Below, in pieces: positions 18,958 through 29,470 of a stretch of 64,000 nt of DNA (position 1 is the stretch's first letter; the number at the start of each line of letters is the position of its first letter). The stretch comes from an uncultured Desulfobacter sp. (lineage in GTDB: Bacteria > Desulfobacterota > Desulfobacteria > Desulfobacterales > Desulfobacteraceae). Where the stretch lies: contig OY762069.1 of NCBI GenBank assembly GCA_963665095.1, positions 224,001 to 288,000 of the forward strand. Reading direction: 5' to 3'. The position numbers and the translations under genes were made by a program. The notes under the pieces are model-generated. The model was not told the DNA's origin. It ran no database searches and saw nothing but the letters and a program-made list of their open reading frames with translations.

Positions 18958-21900
18958 ATGAAAATCTGCTTTGTTTACGGCCATATGTTTAATGTTCATT
19001 CCTGGTCTCTGGCCTGCGATACCCTCCGGGCCGACGGCATTGAGGTATCTTTGTTTTCGCAGGTCGGATCCGCAGACACGCTTGCCGCCCACATGGAAGA
19101 GGCCGGAGTTGACCTGTTTATCGGCCAGCTGTTCAGGGAGCTGCCCGGTTACGATTTGATTCTGGAATACGCTATGAAAGCCGGCGCAAGGGCCTGCATC
19201 GGCTGGGACATCCCTTCGGATTTTTCCACCTTTACCCATGATCAGCTGGCAGTGCTCAGCACCTATCTTAAAGCCCCCCATGCCGGCAATTACCGCAACG
19301 GGATCCTGTATCTCGCCGCTCTGTGCGGTGCAGATGTCAAGGCCGCGCCGGCCGTACCTGTTCAAACCCACGGGATCTACCACCCCGGGGCATCAGAGCT
19401 GTTTGACACATCCCGGGCGTACCTTGCCTGGGTCCGTGACACCCAACCGGCGGCAGCAGGACCCGTGGTGGGGGTGCTGGCCTATTTCGGCCAGCTGGCT
19501 GAAAAAAATCACGATGATATTGACGCGGTCATCCAGGAACTTTCACGCCAGGGCATGATACCTTTGTGTGTGGTATCCGAAGGTCCCCAGGACGCTTCCC
19601 TTCCCCTGGAACAGCGGTATCCCTGGCTGCACTATCTCACCCAACTTGAAAAAAATGAAAAGCCCGCAGCCCTGATCAGTCTCATGACCGGAAGACTTCT
19701 GGCCACGGCATCGGACATCCCGGTGCTGACTGAGCTTGACATTCCGGTATTCCAGGCCGTCCGGCTCTATCAGCAGACCCCTGAAGACTGGGAAAGGGAC
19801 GTTGACGGCAGCGGGGCAGGGGGATTTTCCACAATTTATGCCATGTCCCAGCCGGAAATGGCCGGGGCGATCGAGCCCACCATGGCTGCCGCCACCCTGC
19901 CGGATGAGCATCCGGACTCGGCAATCAACTTTCGGCGGTACGTCCCGGTGGCGGAGCGCATCGCCCATCTGTGTCGCAGAATCAGAAAATGGGCGGCCCT
20001 GGCCCAAATGCCCAACCATGACAAACGGATCACCATTGTTCTCAACAACAATCCCTGCAAGGGGGTGGAGGCCACCCTGGGGCTTGCCGCAGGCCTTGAC
20101 ACCTTTGAAAGCCTGGCCCGGACCATTGCCGCGCTGAATGCTGCCGGCTATGATGTGGGGGACGCGCCCGGGGATGGCCAGGCCCTGCTGGACGCCTTCA
20201 TGGATAAAAAGGCCTTCTCCGAATTCCGGTGGACCACAGTGGATGAAACGGTAAAAAAAGGCGGGGTCCTGCACTTTATGGACGAAACCGCTTACCGACG
20301 CCACTTTGACGCCCTTCCCCGAACCGCCAGACAGCGGGTGGAAAAAGACTGGGAGCCCTTTCCAGGCCAGGGCATGGTCTATGAACGGGAGGGAAAACAG
20401 GTCCTTGTGATTGCAGGGCTCTCCTTCGGGAATCTGACCCTTGTTATCCAGCCCAAGCGGGGATGCTATGGCGCCAAGTGTAACGGCGAGGTGTGCCGTA
20501 TTCTGCATGACCCGAACCTTGCCCCTCCCCATCACTGGCTGGCCACCTATTTTTATATCCAGGACCATTCAGATGCCGTTGTCCATTTCGGCACCCACGG
20601 GGCAGTGGAATTCCTGCCTGGAAAACCCTCGGCTTTGAGCCGCGCCTGCTTTCCGGAAATCTCCCTGGGGGATTTGCCCAATATCTACCCCTATGCCCTT
20701 GATGTGCCGGCGGAAGGGGCCATGGCCAAGCGCAGGGGAAGGGCTGTCACCGTCACCCATCTGACCCCGGTGCTCCGGCCTGCCCAGGTGCCGCCTGAAA
20801 TGGTGCGCCTCCAGACGCTTCTCAAGGAGTACATGACTGCAAAGGAAAACCGGTCTGCCCGCCGCATTGAAATCCTGGAACAAGAGATGATCCCCCTGGT
20901 CCGGGACCTGCACCTGGGTGCCCCGGATACGGCCCTTGACATCAGTCTGTTGTCCCGGCAGATCTCCCAGTACAAACGGACCCTGTCCCCTCTGGGAATG
21001 CATGTGCTGGGCATGGCCCCGGATGCGGCAGGCACGGCCGCCATGATGGCAGTCATGCTGATGAAGGAAACTGATGACAAGCCAAGCCTTGGAGAACTTG
21101 CCGGTCTGTTTCAGCCGGGAAACCCGGCAGAAGGCCTTGAAGAGGATAGTTCAACAACAGAAGATGCGTTTGACAGGGCGGCCCGGGTGATCCAGGATCT
21201 CATCGCCACAGGTGCAGAAGCCGCAACCGGCCAGGAAATCGTGACGGACAGTCTTGCTCCTTCTTTCAAAGACTGGTGTAAAAAAACGGGCAGCCATATT
21301 GCCCAAAGCTCCCGGGAAATTTTCCAAATCCTGCGGGCCCTGGAGGGCCGGTACATTGAACCCGGGGTATGCGGTTCCATGGCCCTTGGCAATACCCGGG
21401 TACTGCCCTCGGGCAGAAATCTTTTCCCCACTGATGTCCAGGCCCTGCCCACAAAGGCCGCCTGGCAGGTGGGGCAGGAGCTTTGTGACAACCTGCTGAA
21501 AAAATACATGGCAGATGAAGGAAGGTTCCCGGAAAGCGTGGGCATCAACCTGTGGAGCCTTGATGCGTTTAAGTCTGACGGGGAAATTTTCTGTCAGATC
21601 CTGTATCTCATGGGCACACGCCCGGTCTGGAGAAACGGGGGAAAGGTGACGGGCATTGAAGCCATACCACTGCCAGACCTTAAACTGACCATTGACGACA
21701 CCCTGTATCAGCCCCGGCCAAGGGTGGATGTGGTGATCCAGACCTCAGGGATTTTAAGGGACATGGTTCCCCATTTTGCTGACCTTGTAGACGAGGCCGC
21801 TGTCCTGGCATCGGGCCTGGACGAATCCCATGACCTGAACTTTGTCAAAAAGCACACAGACGAAGAGATGGAACGTCTGCGGCGGGAACTTAACGATCAA

Positions 21901-22770
21901 TACCCGGACAAACAGATCGCAAGGATGGCCAGCTTCAGGGTATTTTCCTCTCCCCCCGGCACCTACGGCATCGGCGTGGGCCTGGCCCTGGACGCCTCGG
22001 CCTGGGAAACCGAGGCCGATCTTGTGGAGACCTACGTGAACTGGGGCGGCTATGCATACGGATCTTCCAGGAATGATGACCTGCCCAGGGTGTCGGGCCA
22101 GGCCGCCCACGCCCTGTATGCGAAACGCCTGGAAACCGTGGATGCCACCTATATGCGCCAGTACTGCCCGGAGTACGATCTTCTGGACGGTGGCTGCTAT
22201 GCCGCCTATCTGGGTGGTATGTCCCTGGCATCCAAAACCCTGAGCGGAAAATCTGCGCCCATTTACTGGGGGGATGCCAACGCTGCCGGGGACAACTCCA
22301 TCCGGGACGTAAAGGAGGATATCGAAATGTCGGCCCGGGCCCGCCTGATCAATCCCCGGTGGATCGAAAACCAGAAAAACCACGGATTCAAAGGTGCGGA
22401 AAGCGTCTCCAGCCGGGTGAACAACCTGTTTAAATGGAGTGCAGTGACAAAGAAGGTGGACAAGTGGGTATTTGACGAGGTGGTGGAGACCTATATTCAC
22501 AACCCTGAAAATTTTGAGTGGCTCAAAAGTCAGAATCCCTATGCCCTGGAAGAGCTGACCCGCCGACTCCTGGAAGCCCAGGCCAGGGGACTCTGGGATG
22601 CCGACCCAGAGGATCTGGATGCCATCAAAAACGTGGCCCTGGATATCGAAGGAGACATGGAAGAGCGCATCGGAGATGTGGATGAGGAGTACCAGGGCAG
22701 TGCCGTGGATATCCTTACTGCATCGGATGTGGAAAAATGGAAACGCGAGTGGCGCTTGACAAAAGAGTAA
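18958..22770 (+). CDS. cobN: CobN/BchH-family chelatase large subunit (copy 2, divergent, Cys-motif type)
   Basis: 1270 aa; HFGTHGAVEFLPGK, AKRRG, LPSGRNL, RPRVDV, NPRWI...HGFKGA; distinctive NNNPCKG and GCYGAKCNGEVC. Confidence 0.88.
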   Translation: MKICFVYGHMFNVHSWSLACDTLRADGIEVSLFSQVGSADTLAAHMEEAGVDLFIGQLFRELPGYDLILEYAMKAGARACIGWDIPSDFSTFTHDQLAVLSTYLKAPHAGNYRNGILYLAALCGADVKAAPAVPVQTHGIYHPGASELFDTSRAYLAWVRDTQPAAAGPVVGVLAYFGQLAEKNHDDIDAVIQELSRQGMIPLCVVSEGPQDASLPLEQRYPWLHYLTQLEKNEKPAALISLMTGRLLATASDIPVLTELDIPVFQAVRLYQQTPEDWERDVDGSGAGGFSTIYAMSQPEMAGAIEPTMAAATLPDEHPDSAINFRRYVPVAERIAHLCRRIRKWAALAQMPNHDKRITIVLNNNPCKGVEATLGLAAGLDTFESLARTIAALNAAGYDVGDAPGDGQALLDAFMDKKAFSEFRWTTVDETVKKGGVLHFMDETAYRRHFDALPRTARQRVEKDWEPFPGQGMVYEREGKQVLVIAGLSFGNLTLVIQPKRGCYGAKCNGEVCRILHDPNLAPPHHWLATYFYIQDHSDAVVHFGTHGAVEFLPGKPSALSRACFPEISLGDLPNIYPYALDVPAEGAMAKRRGRAVTVTHLTPVLRPAQVPPEMVRLQTLLKEYMTAKENRSARRIEILEQEMIPLVRDLHLGAPDTALDISLLSRQISQYKRTLSPLGMHVLGMAPDAAGTAAMMAVMLMKETDDKPSLGELAGLFQPGNPAEGLEEDSSTTEDAFDRAARVIQDLIATGAEAATGQEIVTDSLAPSFKDWCKKTGSHIAQSSREIFQILRALEGRYIEPGVCGSMALGNTRVLPSGRNLFPTDVQALPTKAAWQVGQELCDNLLKKYMADEGRFPESVGINLWSLDAFKSDGEIFCQILYLMGTRPVWRNGGKVTGIEAIPLPDLKLTIDDTLYQPRPRVDVVIQTSGILRDMVPHFADLVDEAAVLASGLDESHDLNFVKKHTDEEMERLRRELNDQYPDKQIARMASFRVFSSPPGTYGIGVGLALDASAWETEADLVETYVNWGGYAYGSSRNDDLPRVSGQAAHALYAKRLETVDATYMRQYCPEYDLLDGGCYAAYLGGMSLASKTLSGKSAPIYWGDANAAGDNSIRDVKEDIEMSARARLINPRWIENQKNHGFKGAESVSSRVNNLFKWSAVTKKVDKWVFDEVVETYIHNPENFEWLKSQNPYALEELTRRLLEAQARGLWDADPEDLDAIKNVALDIEGDMEERIGDVDEEYQGSAVDILTASDVEKWKREWRLTKE

Positions 22771-22809
22771 AAGCCCGTAATCCGCAACCATAAACGGAAG
22801 GAAAACATT

Positions 22810-25800
22810 TTGAAGGTTGCCTTTATTGCATTTCATCATGAAGTATCGTCTGCCCTGGCAGCGGCCAGATCCATCCATGAGGAAACCGGTGAAACACTGG
22901 AAGTCCTCGCACTGACACCTGAAAAATTTCAGGAAACCAGCCATCTGGATCAATTCCTGGAATTTACCCGGGATGCCGCACTGGTTATCATGCACCTGAT
23001 GGGCGGAAAATCAGTCCTCAAAGACCCGGATATCATCCTGTCATCACTCAAGAATCAAAACGTTCCGGTTTTTGCTGCCGGCGTTCCTGCCGACGCCGAA
23101 CTTGCAAACGATTCAACAGTTGATGAAAAAGAGTATCAGACCATTGCCGCATACATTAACAATGGCGGGCCTGAGAACATTAAAAACCTTCTGCTGTTTG
23201 CCGCAAACCGTTTCGCCGGCAAAAGCGTTACAGTCAATCCGCCCATAAAATTCCCCCTTGAAGGCATATACCACCCTAAGCTTGGCTATGTAAAAAACCT
23301 GGCCCATTACATGGAAAAAAAATATCTGCCCGAAAGGCCGACCATCGGCATCCTGTGCGGCCCCAATCCGACCAGGAATACAGGAGAACATTATATCGAC
23401 AGCCTGATCAACGAGCTCGAACACCAGGGGGCAAATGCCTATTCCGTATTCTTAAGCGGGACCGATCCCCAGGGCAAAAATTTAAGATGGGTTGTGGAAA
23501 ACTATTTCATGAAAGACGGCATCCCGGTCGTTGATACGGTGATCAGTCCACACGGACATTCCATTGCCGCCTACCTGCCGTCTGAATCCGTAACCGACCT
23601 GTTCAAGTCCCTTGGCGTACCCCTGCTCAAGGCAATTGCCACTTCCAATACCTTAGAACAGTGGCAGGACAGCCTGCTGGGCCTTGGTTTCAGTGAAGTG
23701 TCCTGGAACGTGGCCATGCCCGAGTTTGACGGTTTTATCATCACCGTGCCGGTTGCGGCCAAACAGATCTCCGGAACAGACCCGGCATCCGGCATTGAAA
23801 AGGAGACTCTCAAACCGATTCCCGAACGTATTGACAAGCTGGCCCGTCTGAGCCTCAAATGGGCAAAACTGAAATATATTCCCAACCCGGAGAGGAAAAT
23901 CGCCGTCATTTTTCACAATTATCCGCCGCGCAACGACAATATCGGATGTGCTGCAGGTCTCGATTCTGCGGTGTCTGCCGTAAACCTGCTCGAAAAAATG
24001 CAGGCCCGGGGATACCAGCTGGACTTTATCCCTGAAAACGGCCAGGACCTGATGGATACAATTATCAATGGATTGACCAATGATCAGCGCTGGTTGAGTA
24101 TTGAGGACCTGGCTGACCGGTCTGTGGATAAAATTCCGGCCGCCCGGTATGCCGAATGGCTGGATGAGGTTCCGGATGATGCCCGCAATAAAATGAAAAC
24201 CCATTGGGGAAAACCACCGGGCGAAAATTTCAACTACAAGGACGCGCTCCTGGTTCCGGGCCTGGTCAACGGTAACGTGTTTATCGGCCTTCAACCCCCC
24301 CGTGCCTGTGAATCAGATGCCGCTGATATTTACCATAATCCCGAAGTTCCCATCCCCTATCATTACCACGGGTACTACCGCTGGATCCGGGATGTCTTCA
24401 AGGCTGACGCCGTGATCCATTTCGGCACCCACGGCACACTGGAATGGCTGCCCGGAAAATCCGTAGGGCTTTCCGGATCCTGTTTCCCGGATGTGGGAAT
24501 CTGCGATCTGCCCAATATTTACCCCTACATTATCCATAACCCCGGCGAGGGTACCGGTGCCAAGAGACGCATCTATGCCTGCCTTGTGGACTATCTGCCT
24601 CCGGTGATGCATAACGCCGACACCTATGAGGACCTTGAAAGTCTCGATGTACAGCTCAAAGAGTACTACCGCGCCAAAAGTACAGATCCCGGAAAAATTG
24701 AAATTCAGAAAAAACTGATCTGGGAAACCATTGCCCGGGCCAATCTTGACAAAGATTTCAATGTGACCCGGGAAGAGGTGTTTAATGAATTTGACCAATT
24801 TTTAGAGCGGCTGCACGGTTATCTGAATGAATTGTCCGATACCCATATCCAGGACGGACTGCATGTGCTGGGTGAGCCGCCGGCAGGGACGCCCCTGGTA
24901 GAATTTTTAGTGGCGTTAACCCGGCTGAAAAACGGCAAAGTTCCCTCCCTTCGTCAGTCCATTGCCCAATTAAAGGGGTATGATTATGATGCACTGCTGG
25001 CCAATCGCGGCAGACTGCGCCCGGATAACAGAACCAACGGGGATGTCATCAGCGAACTGAACTTTCTTTGTCTTGAACTCATGGAAAAATTTCATGCTGC
25101 AGGCTTTAAGACTGATGCCATTGACGATTTGATGTCAAAGGTGCTGAACGGTCCTGACCCCTGGGTTCGGGACTGCTTAACCTGGATTTCCGATTTTCTC
25201 GTTCCGGCCCTGGAAGCGACCACCGATGAATTGACCCATACCCTTGACGCATGCGCCGGCCGTCATGTCCCGCCGGGACCTTCTGGTGCCCCTACCAGGG
25301 GAACGGCCGATATCCTGCCCACGGGAAGAAATTTTTATTCGGTTGATCCCCGCTGTATCCCTTCGCCGGCGGCCTGGAAGGTGGGGGTTGATCTGGGGGA
25401 TACCCTGCTTGCGCGGTACGTGGCGGAAGAAGGCCGATATCCGGAGAGCATCGGAACCGTCCTGTGGGCAACGGACACCATGAGGACCAACGGCGATTGC
25501 GTGGCCGAAAGTCTGTACCTGATGGGAATCCGGCCGGTATGGGAGGGATCCAGCGGCCGCGTGCTGAGGCTTGAGCCCATTCCCTTAAAGGAATTGAAAC
25601 GCCCCCGTATCGATGTAACCATGCGGATCAGTGGCCTGTTCAGGGATAATTTTCCCAATATCGTGCATCTCATCGACGAAGCCGTGGAAATGGTGGCCGC
25701 TCTCAAGGAAGTCCCTGATATGAATTATATCATGAAGCATGTGGAACAGGAGGTTGCCGATCGTACAGCATGTGGGGTTGACGCTGGGACAGCCAGAAAG

Positions 25801-26535
25801 GAGGCCTGCTACAGGATATTCGGCGATAAGCCCGGCGATTACGGCACAGGTGTCGGTGAAGCCATTGAGTCTAAAAACTGGAAGGATCGGACAGATCTCG
25901 GGAATATATACATCACCTGGGGCGGTTACGTGTACAGCCGGGAAAACTTCGGGATGACCGCCCCTGAACTGTTCAAACGGCGGCTGGCCCGGATTGACGC
26001 CACCACGAAAAACATGGACACCCGGGAATATGACGCCCTGCAGATAGACGACACCTATGGATATCATGCCGGCATGGACCTGGCCGTCAAGACTGTCAGG
26101 GGAAAAGCGCCCCGCTCCTATTACGGTGACAGCAGTGACCCTGACAGGGTAAAAATCAGAAGCACGGCAGAGGAGATCAAATACTGCTTCAGGGCGCGTC
26201 TGGTGAACCCCAAATGGATTCAGGGCCTTCAAAAGCACGGCTATCATGGCGCAGCAGAGTTTTCCCGGCAGATGGATTATGTTTTCGGCTGGGATGCGGT
26301 AGCAGATGTCATTGAAGACTGGATGTATGAAACCCTTGCCGAAAAATTCGTTTTGGATCCGGCCATGCAAACATGGCTGAACGACGTCAATCCATATGCA
26401 TTGCAGAACATGACAGAGCGTCTTTTGGAAGCCATCGGGCGCGACCTGTGGCAGGCGTCTGAAGAGATGAAGGACAAATTGCAGGCACTTTACCTTGATA
26501 TGGAGGCGAAACTGGAGGAGGCCGGCGAAAAATGA
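22810..26535 (+). CDS. cobN: CobN/BchH-family chelatase large subunit (copy 3)
   Basis: 1241 aa; MPEFDG, HFGTHGTLEWLPGK, LPTGRNFY, RPRIDV, NPKWI...HGYHGA. Confidence 0.92.
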   Translation: MKVAFIAFHHEVSSALAAARSIHEETGETLEVLALTPEKFQETSHLDQFLEFTRDAALVIMHLMGGKSVLKDPDIILSSLKNQNVPVFAAGVPADAELANDSTVDEKEYQTIAAYINNGGPENIKNLLLFAANRFAGKSVTVNPPIKFPLEGIYHPKLGYVKNLAHYMEKKYLPERPTIGILCGPNPTRNTGEHYIDSLINELEHQGANAYSVFLSGTDPQGKNLRWVVENYFMKDGIPVVDTVISPHGHSIAAYLPSESVTDLFKSLGVPLLKAIATSNTLEQWQDSLLGLGFSEVSWNVAMPEFDGFIITVPVAAKQISGTDPASGIEKETLKPIPERIDKLARLSLKWAKLKYIPNPERKIAVIFHNYPPRNDNIGCAAGLDSAVSAVNLLEKMQARGYQLDFIPENGQDLMDTIINGLTNDQRWLSIEDLADRSVDKIPAARYAEWLDEVPDDARNKMKTHWGKPPGENFNYKDALLVPGLVNGNVFIGLQPPRACESDAADIYHNPEVPIPYHYHGYYRWIRDVFKADAVIHFGTHGTLEWLPGKSVGLSGSCFPDVGICDLPNIYPYIIHNPGEGTGAKRRIYACLVDYLPPVMHNADTYEDLESLDVQLKEYYRAKSTDPGKIEIQKKLIWETIARANLDKDFNVTREEVFNEFDQFLERLHGYLNELSDTHIQDGLHVLGEPPAGTPLVEFLVALTRLKNGKVPSLRQSIAQLKGYDYDALLANRGRLRPDNRTNGDVISELNFLCLELMEKFHAAGFKTDAIDDLMSKVLNGPDPWVRDCLTWISDFLVPALEATTDELTHTLDACAGRHVPPGPSGAPTRGTADILPTGRNFYSVDPRCIPSPAAWKVGVDLGDTLLARYVAEEGRYPESIGTVLWATDTMRTNGDCVAESLYLMGIRPVWEGSSGRVLRLEPIPLKELKRPRIDVTMRISGLFRDNFPNIVHLIDEAVEMVAALKEVPDMNYIMKHVEQEVADRTACGVDAGTARKEACYRIFGDKPGDYGTGVGEAIESKNWKDRTDLGNIYITWGGYVYSRENFGMTAPELFKRRLARIDATTKNMDTREYDALQIDDTYGYHAGMDLAVKTVRGKAPRSYYGDSSDPDRVKIRSTAEEIKYCFRARLVNPKWIQGLQKHGYHGAAEFSRQMDYVFGWDAVADVIEDWMYETLAEKFVLDPAMQTWLNDVNPYALQNMTERLLEAIGRDLWQASEEMKDKLQALYLDMEAKLEEAGEK

Positions 26536-28277
26536 GGCTGACAAGCCGGATGGGTGCCCTGGTAACGGGGTTTGTGGTTTGGGCGGGGATTCTTTTTTCT
26601 GCAATGGCCGGGGAGGAGTCCGCCACGGTGATCACCCGGGAAAATATCAGGCAGATGAATGTCGGCAGTATCCAGGATGTACTGAACCAGGTGCCCGGAA
26701 TCTCAGCCACGGACAGCTATATCTCCATCAGGGGGTCCTACAAGGTAAAGGTCTTTTTAGACGGCAACAGCATCAATGATCCCACCTCCACCAGTGGTGC
26801 CATCAAATGGGGAACCGTCTCCTTAAACCAGGTGGACCGTATTGAAATCCTGCGGGGAGGGGGTGCATCTTCCTTTGGCAGCAATGCCAGCGGCGGTGTG
26901 GTTCTGATCCAGACCCGGCCCCCGGAACAGGGCCAGAAAAACACGCAGGCCATGGTTGAAGCCTGGGCCGGCAACCTTTCAACCGTCCACGGATATGCCA
27001 GCCTGGACCAGATGGTAGACCGGGGCCCGGGGGTATTCGGTATCCGGGCCGCAGCCGGCGTTGACATCTCGGACGGCTATCTGGTCAACAATGACAAGGA
27101 CAAGCGGCATGTCGAGGTCAAACTCTCCTACAGGCCCCGGGCCGATTCATGTGTCAAAATGGCCGATATCATCATTTCCCGGCTGGAAGAAGAAAAAGGA
27201 TATCCTGGAACCATTGACTATCCCACCCCAAATGCCAGGCACTGGTACGACCTGACCACGGTTGTCTCCAATGCCGCATTCAAGGGATTTAAAAACAAGT
27301 TCACCTATCGCCAGGCAGACAAGGAGGATAAAAATCCGGATTATAACCTTGAAACCTTCCTCAACGTTACAAATACAATTGATGAGCTCACCCACGAACC
27401 GGTTTCCCTTGGTCCGGGGCAACTGAGTGCAGGACTGGGCCTGCAGCGGGATGAGGCTGAAGCCTCATCATTTTCCGACCAGAGCGAGGATCAGTACTGG
27501 TTTTTTGCAACCTATGCCGGCCAGATCAAGACCCTGAATTATACTTTGGGGACACGGGCCTCAAATCATACCGAGTTTGGCACCAGCATCAGCCCCGAGA
27601 TCAAACTCGCCTGGTCCCAGGGGTCTTGGTCCTGGATTTCCAGGGCCGGCCTGGCACACAACACCCCCTCTTTCTATCAACGGTACAACGAGAGCAGTTC
27701 AACAGCCCCCAATCCCGATCTGGACAAGGAAATCGCCCGAAATCTGTCTACGGAAATATCCTATACCTTCAATGCCAGGCTGTCAGCCACCCTGTCCCCC
27801 TACTACAACCGGATTGAAGACAGGATCACCTATATCAGGGACAACACGGCCAAGGGACAGTACCAGAACATAGGAAAGGTCACCTATGCGGGTGTGGATC
27901 TCTCTTTCAGGACGGATCTGCTGGATAACCTGACACTTAACGGGGCCTGGTCCTATCTGGAAGCCAAAAACGAGGAAACCGGCAAATACCTGACCGGGGC
28001 CTCCAGACATCGGATAAAATCCGACCTGAATTATAAACCCCTTTCCGATCTAACCCTGAGGCTGACCGGGAAATATACCGGAAGCGCCTATTGCGTTTCG
28101 GACAACTCCGAAAGTGTGGGTGGTTTTACCGTATGGGATTTCCGTGCCGAATACCGGGTCAAATCGGTTCTATGGTTTGTTGATATCAAAAACATTTTTG
28201 ACAACCGATATATGTACTCTGAAAAAATATGGGGCAGCCCCAGGACCTTTTACGCAGGACTAAGGTGGCAGCTATGA
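26532..28277 (+). CDS. TonB-dependent receptor (BtuB-like)
   Basis: Signal peptide, plug motifs DVLNQVPGI and VDRIEILRGGGASSFG..GGVV, NPDLDKE, C-terminal PRTFYAGLRWQL. Confidence 0.9.
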   Translation: MRLTSRMGALVTGFVVWAGILFSAMAGEESATVITRENIRQMNVGSIQDVLNQVPGISATDSYISIRGSYKVKVFLDGNSINDPTSTSGAIKWGTVSLNQVDRIEILRGGGASSFGSNASGGVVLIQTRPPEQGQKNTQAMVEAWAGNLSTVHGYASLDQMVDRGPGVFGIRAAAGVDISDGYLVNNDKDKRHVEVKLSYRPRADSCVKMADIIISRLEEEKGYPGTIDYPTPNARHWYDLTTVVSNAAFKGFKNKFTYRQADKEDKNPDYNLETFLNVTNTIDELTHEPVSLGPGQLSAGLGLQRDEAEASSFSDQSEDQYWFFATYAGQIKTLNYTLGTRASNHTEFGTSISPEIKLAWSQGSWSWISRAGLAHNTPSFYQRYNESSSTAPNPDLDKEIARNLSTEISYTFNARLSATLSPYYNRIEDRITYIRDNTAKGQYQNIGKVTYAGVDLSFRTDLLDNLTLNGAWSYLEAKNEETGKYLTGASRHRIKSDLNYKPLSDLTLRLTGKYTGSAYCVSDNSESVGGFTVWDFRAEYRVKSVLWFVDIKNIFDNRYMYSEKIWGSPRTFYAGLRWQL

Positions 28278-28294
28278 CCAAAGGAGATAAAATC

Positions 28295-29464
28295 ATGCAT
28301 ATCCATACATTTTACAAGGAAGTTGAACTCTATCGGAACGATAAAATCCTCTATGCCAGATTTCTTGTCCCCCACCGGGTGATTTCCACCTGCCAGGTGG
28401 CCGGCGGGATCCGGGAAGACATGGATATCCTGTATAATCACCAGTCCTGCGAACCCTCAGGCCATCATTCCATCACCTCGGATATTATGGCGATGGACCG
28501 GTCCCGTTACCGGGAGTACATCTGTGAACAATACGGTCTTGACCCTGAGAAATGCGCCACCCTGGGGACTGCCGCCAATATGCGCAATGCCGCCGTAAAG
28601 CAGGCACGCTTCAGGGATCTCACCGTAGCAGCCGTGTGCACCGGCGGTGTGGAGGGGAATGCCGGCCGGGCCGGCGATCCCGCGTCCCATTTTGAACATG
28701 ACGGCAAATTTGAAAAGCTTCCGGAAAAACAGCCCAAACCCGTGGGCACCATCAATACCATGATTTTTATCAACAAGGAACTCATCCCCGGGGCCCTGGC
28801 CCGGGCCATTATGATGGCCACTGAAGCGAAAACAGCTGTGCTTCAGGAGCTTCTTGTTCCGTCATTGTATTCGGACGGCCATGCCACCGGCACCGGCACC
28901 GACCAGATCGGCGTGGCCTGCCGCATGGATACAGGCAAACCCCTTACCAGTGCGGGAAAACACGGCAAGCTGGGGGAGCTTATCGGGCTGACGGTCCACG
29001 ATGCCATCAAGGAAACCCTGGCCCAGCAGAACGGCCTTTTCCCCGGAACCCGGCGATCCGTGGCCGTGCTCCTGGCGCGGCTGGGCATGACGGAGCAGGA
29101 TATCCGGGACCAGGTTTCAAGCCACCTTGTTCCGGAGGATGCCGAGCTCTGGCCCAAGGTCGAGGGCGTTGTTCTCGGTGACGCCCTGGTGGTCGCCGCC
29201 GTGGCCGCCCTGGTCCATATCAGGGACCAGATGGTGTGGGAGATTATCCCTGACAACTGCCTGCCTGAAATCCTGGCCTCCTACGGGGCCCAGATTGCCG
29301 CTGCCGTATCCTGCAAGCATAAAAAAATTTTGGAGTACCGCTCCCGTGCTGATTCCCAGGGCCATAGCCTTGAAAATAGCGTATTTACCGGGTTTATCTG
29401 CCGGATGCTGGCGTTAGGGTTCTCAGACAAGTGGCAAGAGAGGGTGACCCCGGAGGGGGATTGA
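28295..29464 (+). CDS. cbiZ: Adenosylcobinamide amidohydrolase CbiZ (long form)
   Basis: GTAANM, CTGGVEGNA, GTINT, ATEAKT, ATGTGTDQ, AGKHGKLGELIG. RBS aaggag favours ATG 28295 (alternative 28274). Confidence 0.85.
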   Translation: MHIHTFYKEVELYRNDKILYARFLVPHRVISTCQVAGGIREDMDILYNHQSCEPSGHHSITSDIMAMDRSRYREYICEQYGLDPEKCATLGTAANMRNAAVKQARFRDLTVAAVCTGGVEGNAGRAGDPASHFEHDGKFEKLPEKQPKPVGTINTMIFINKELIPGALARAIMMATEAKTAVLQELLVPSLYSDGHATGTGTDQIGVACRMDTGKPLTSAGKHGKLGELIGLTVHDAIKETLAQQNGLFPGTRRSVAVLLARLGMTEQDIRDQVSSHLVPEDAELWPKVEGVVLGDALVVAAVAALVHIRDQMVWEIIPDNCLPEILASYGAQIAAAVSCKHKKILEYRSRADSQGHSLENSVFTGFICRMLALGFSDKWQERVTPEGD

Positions 29465-29470
29465 TCCGGA

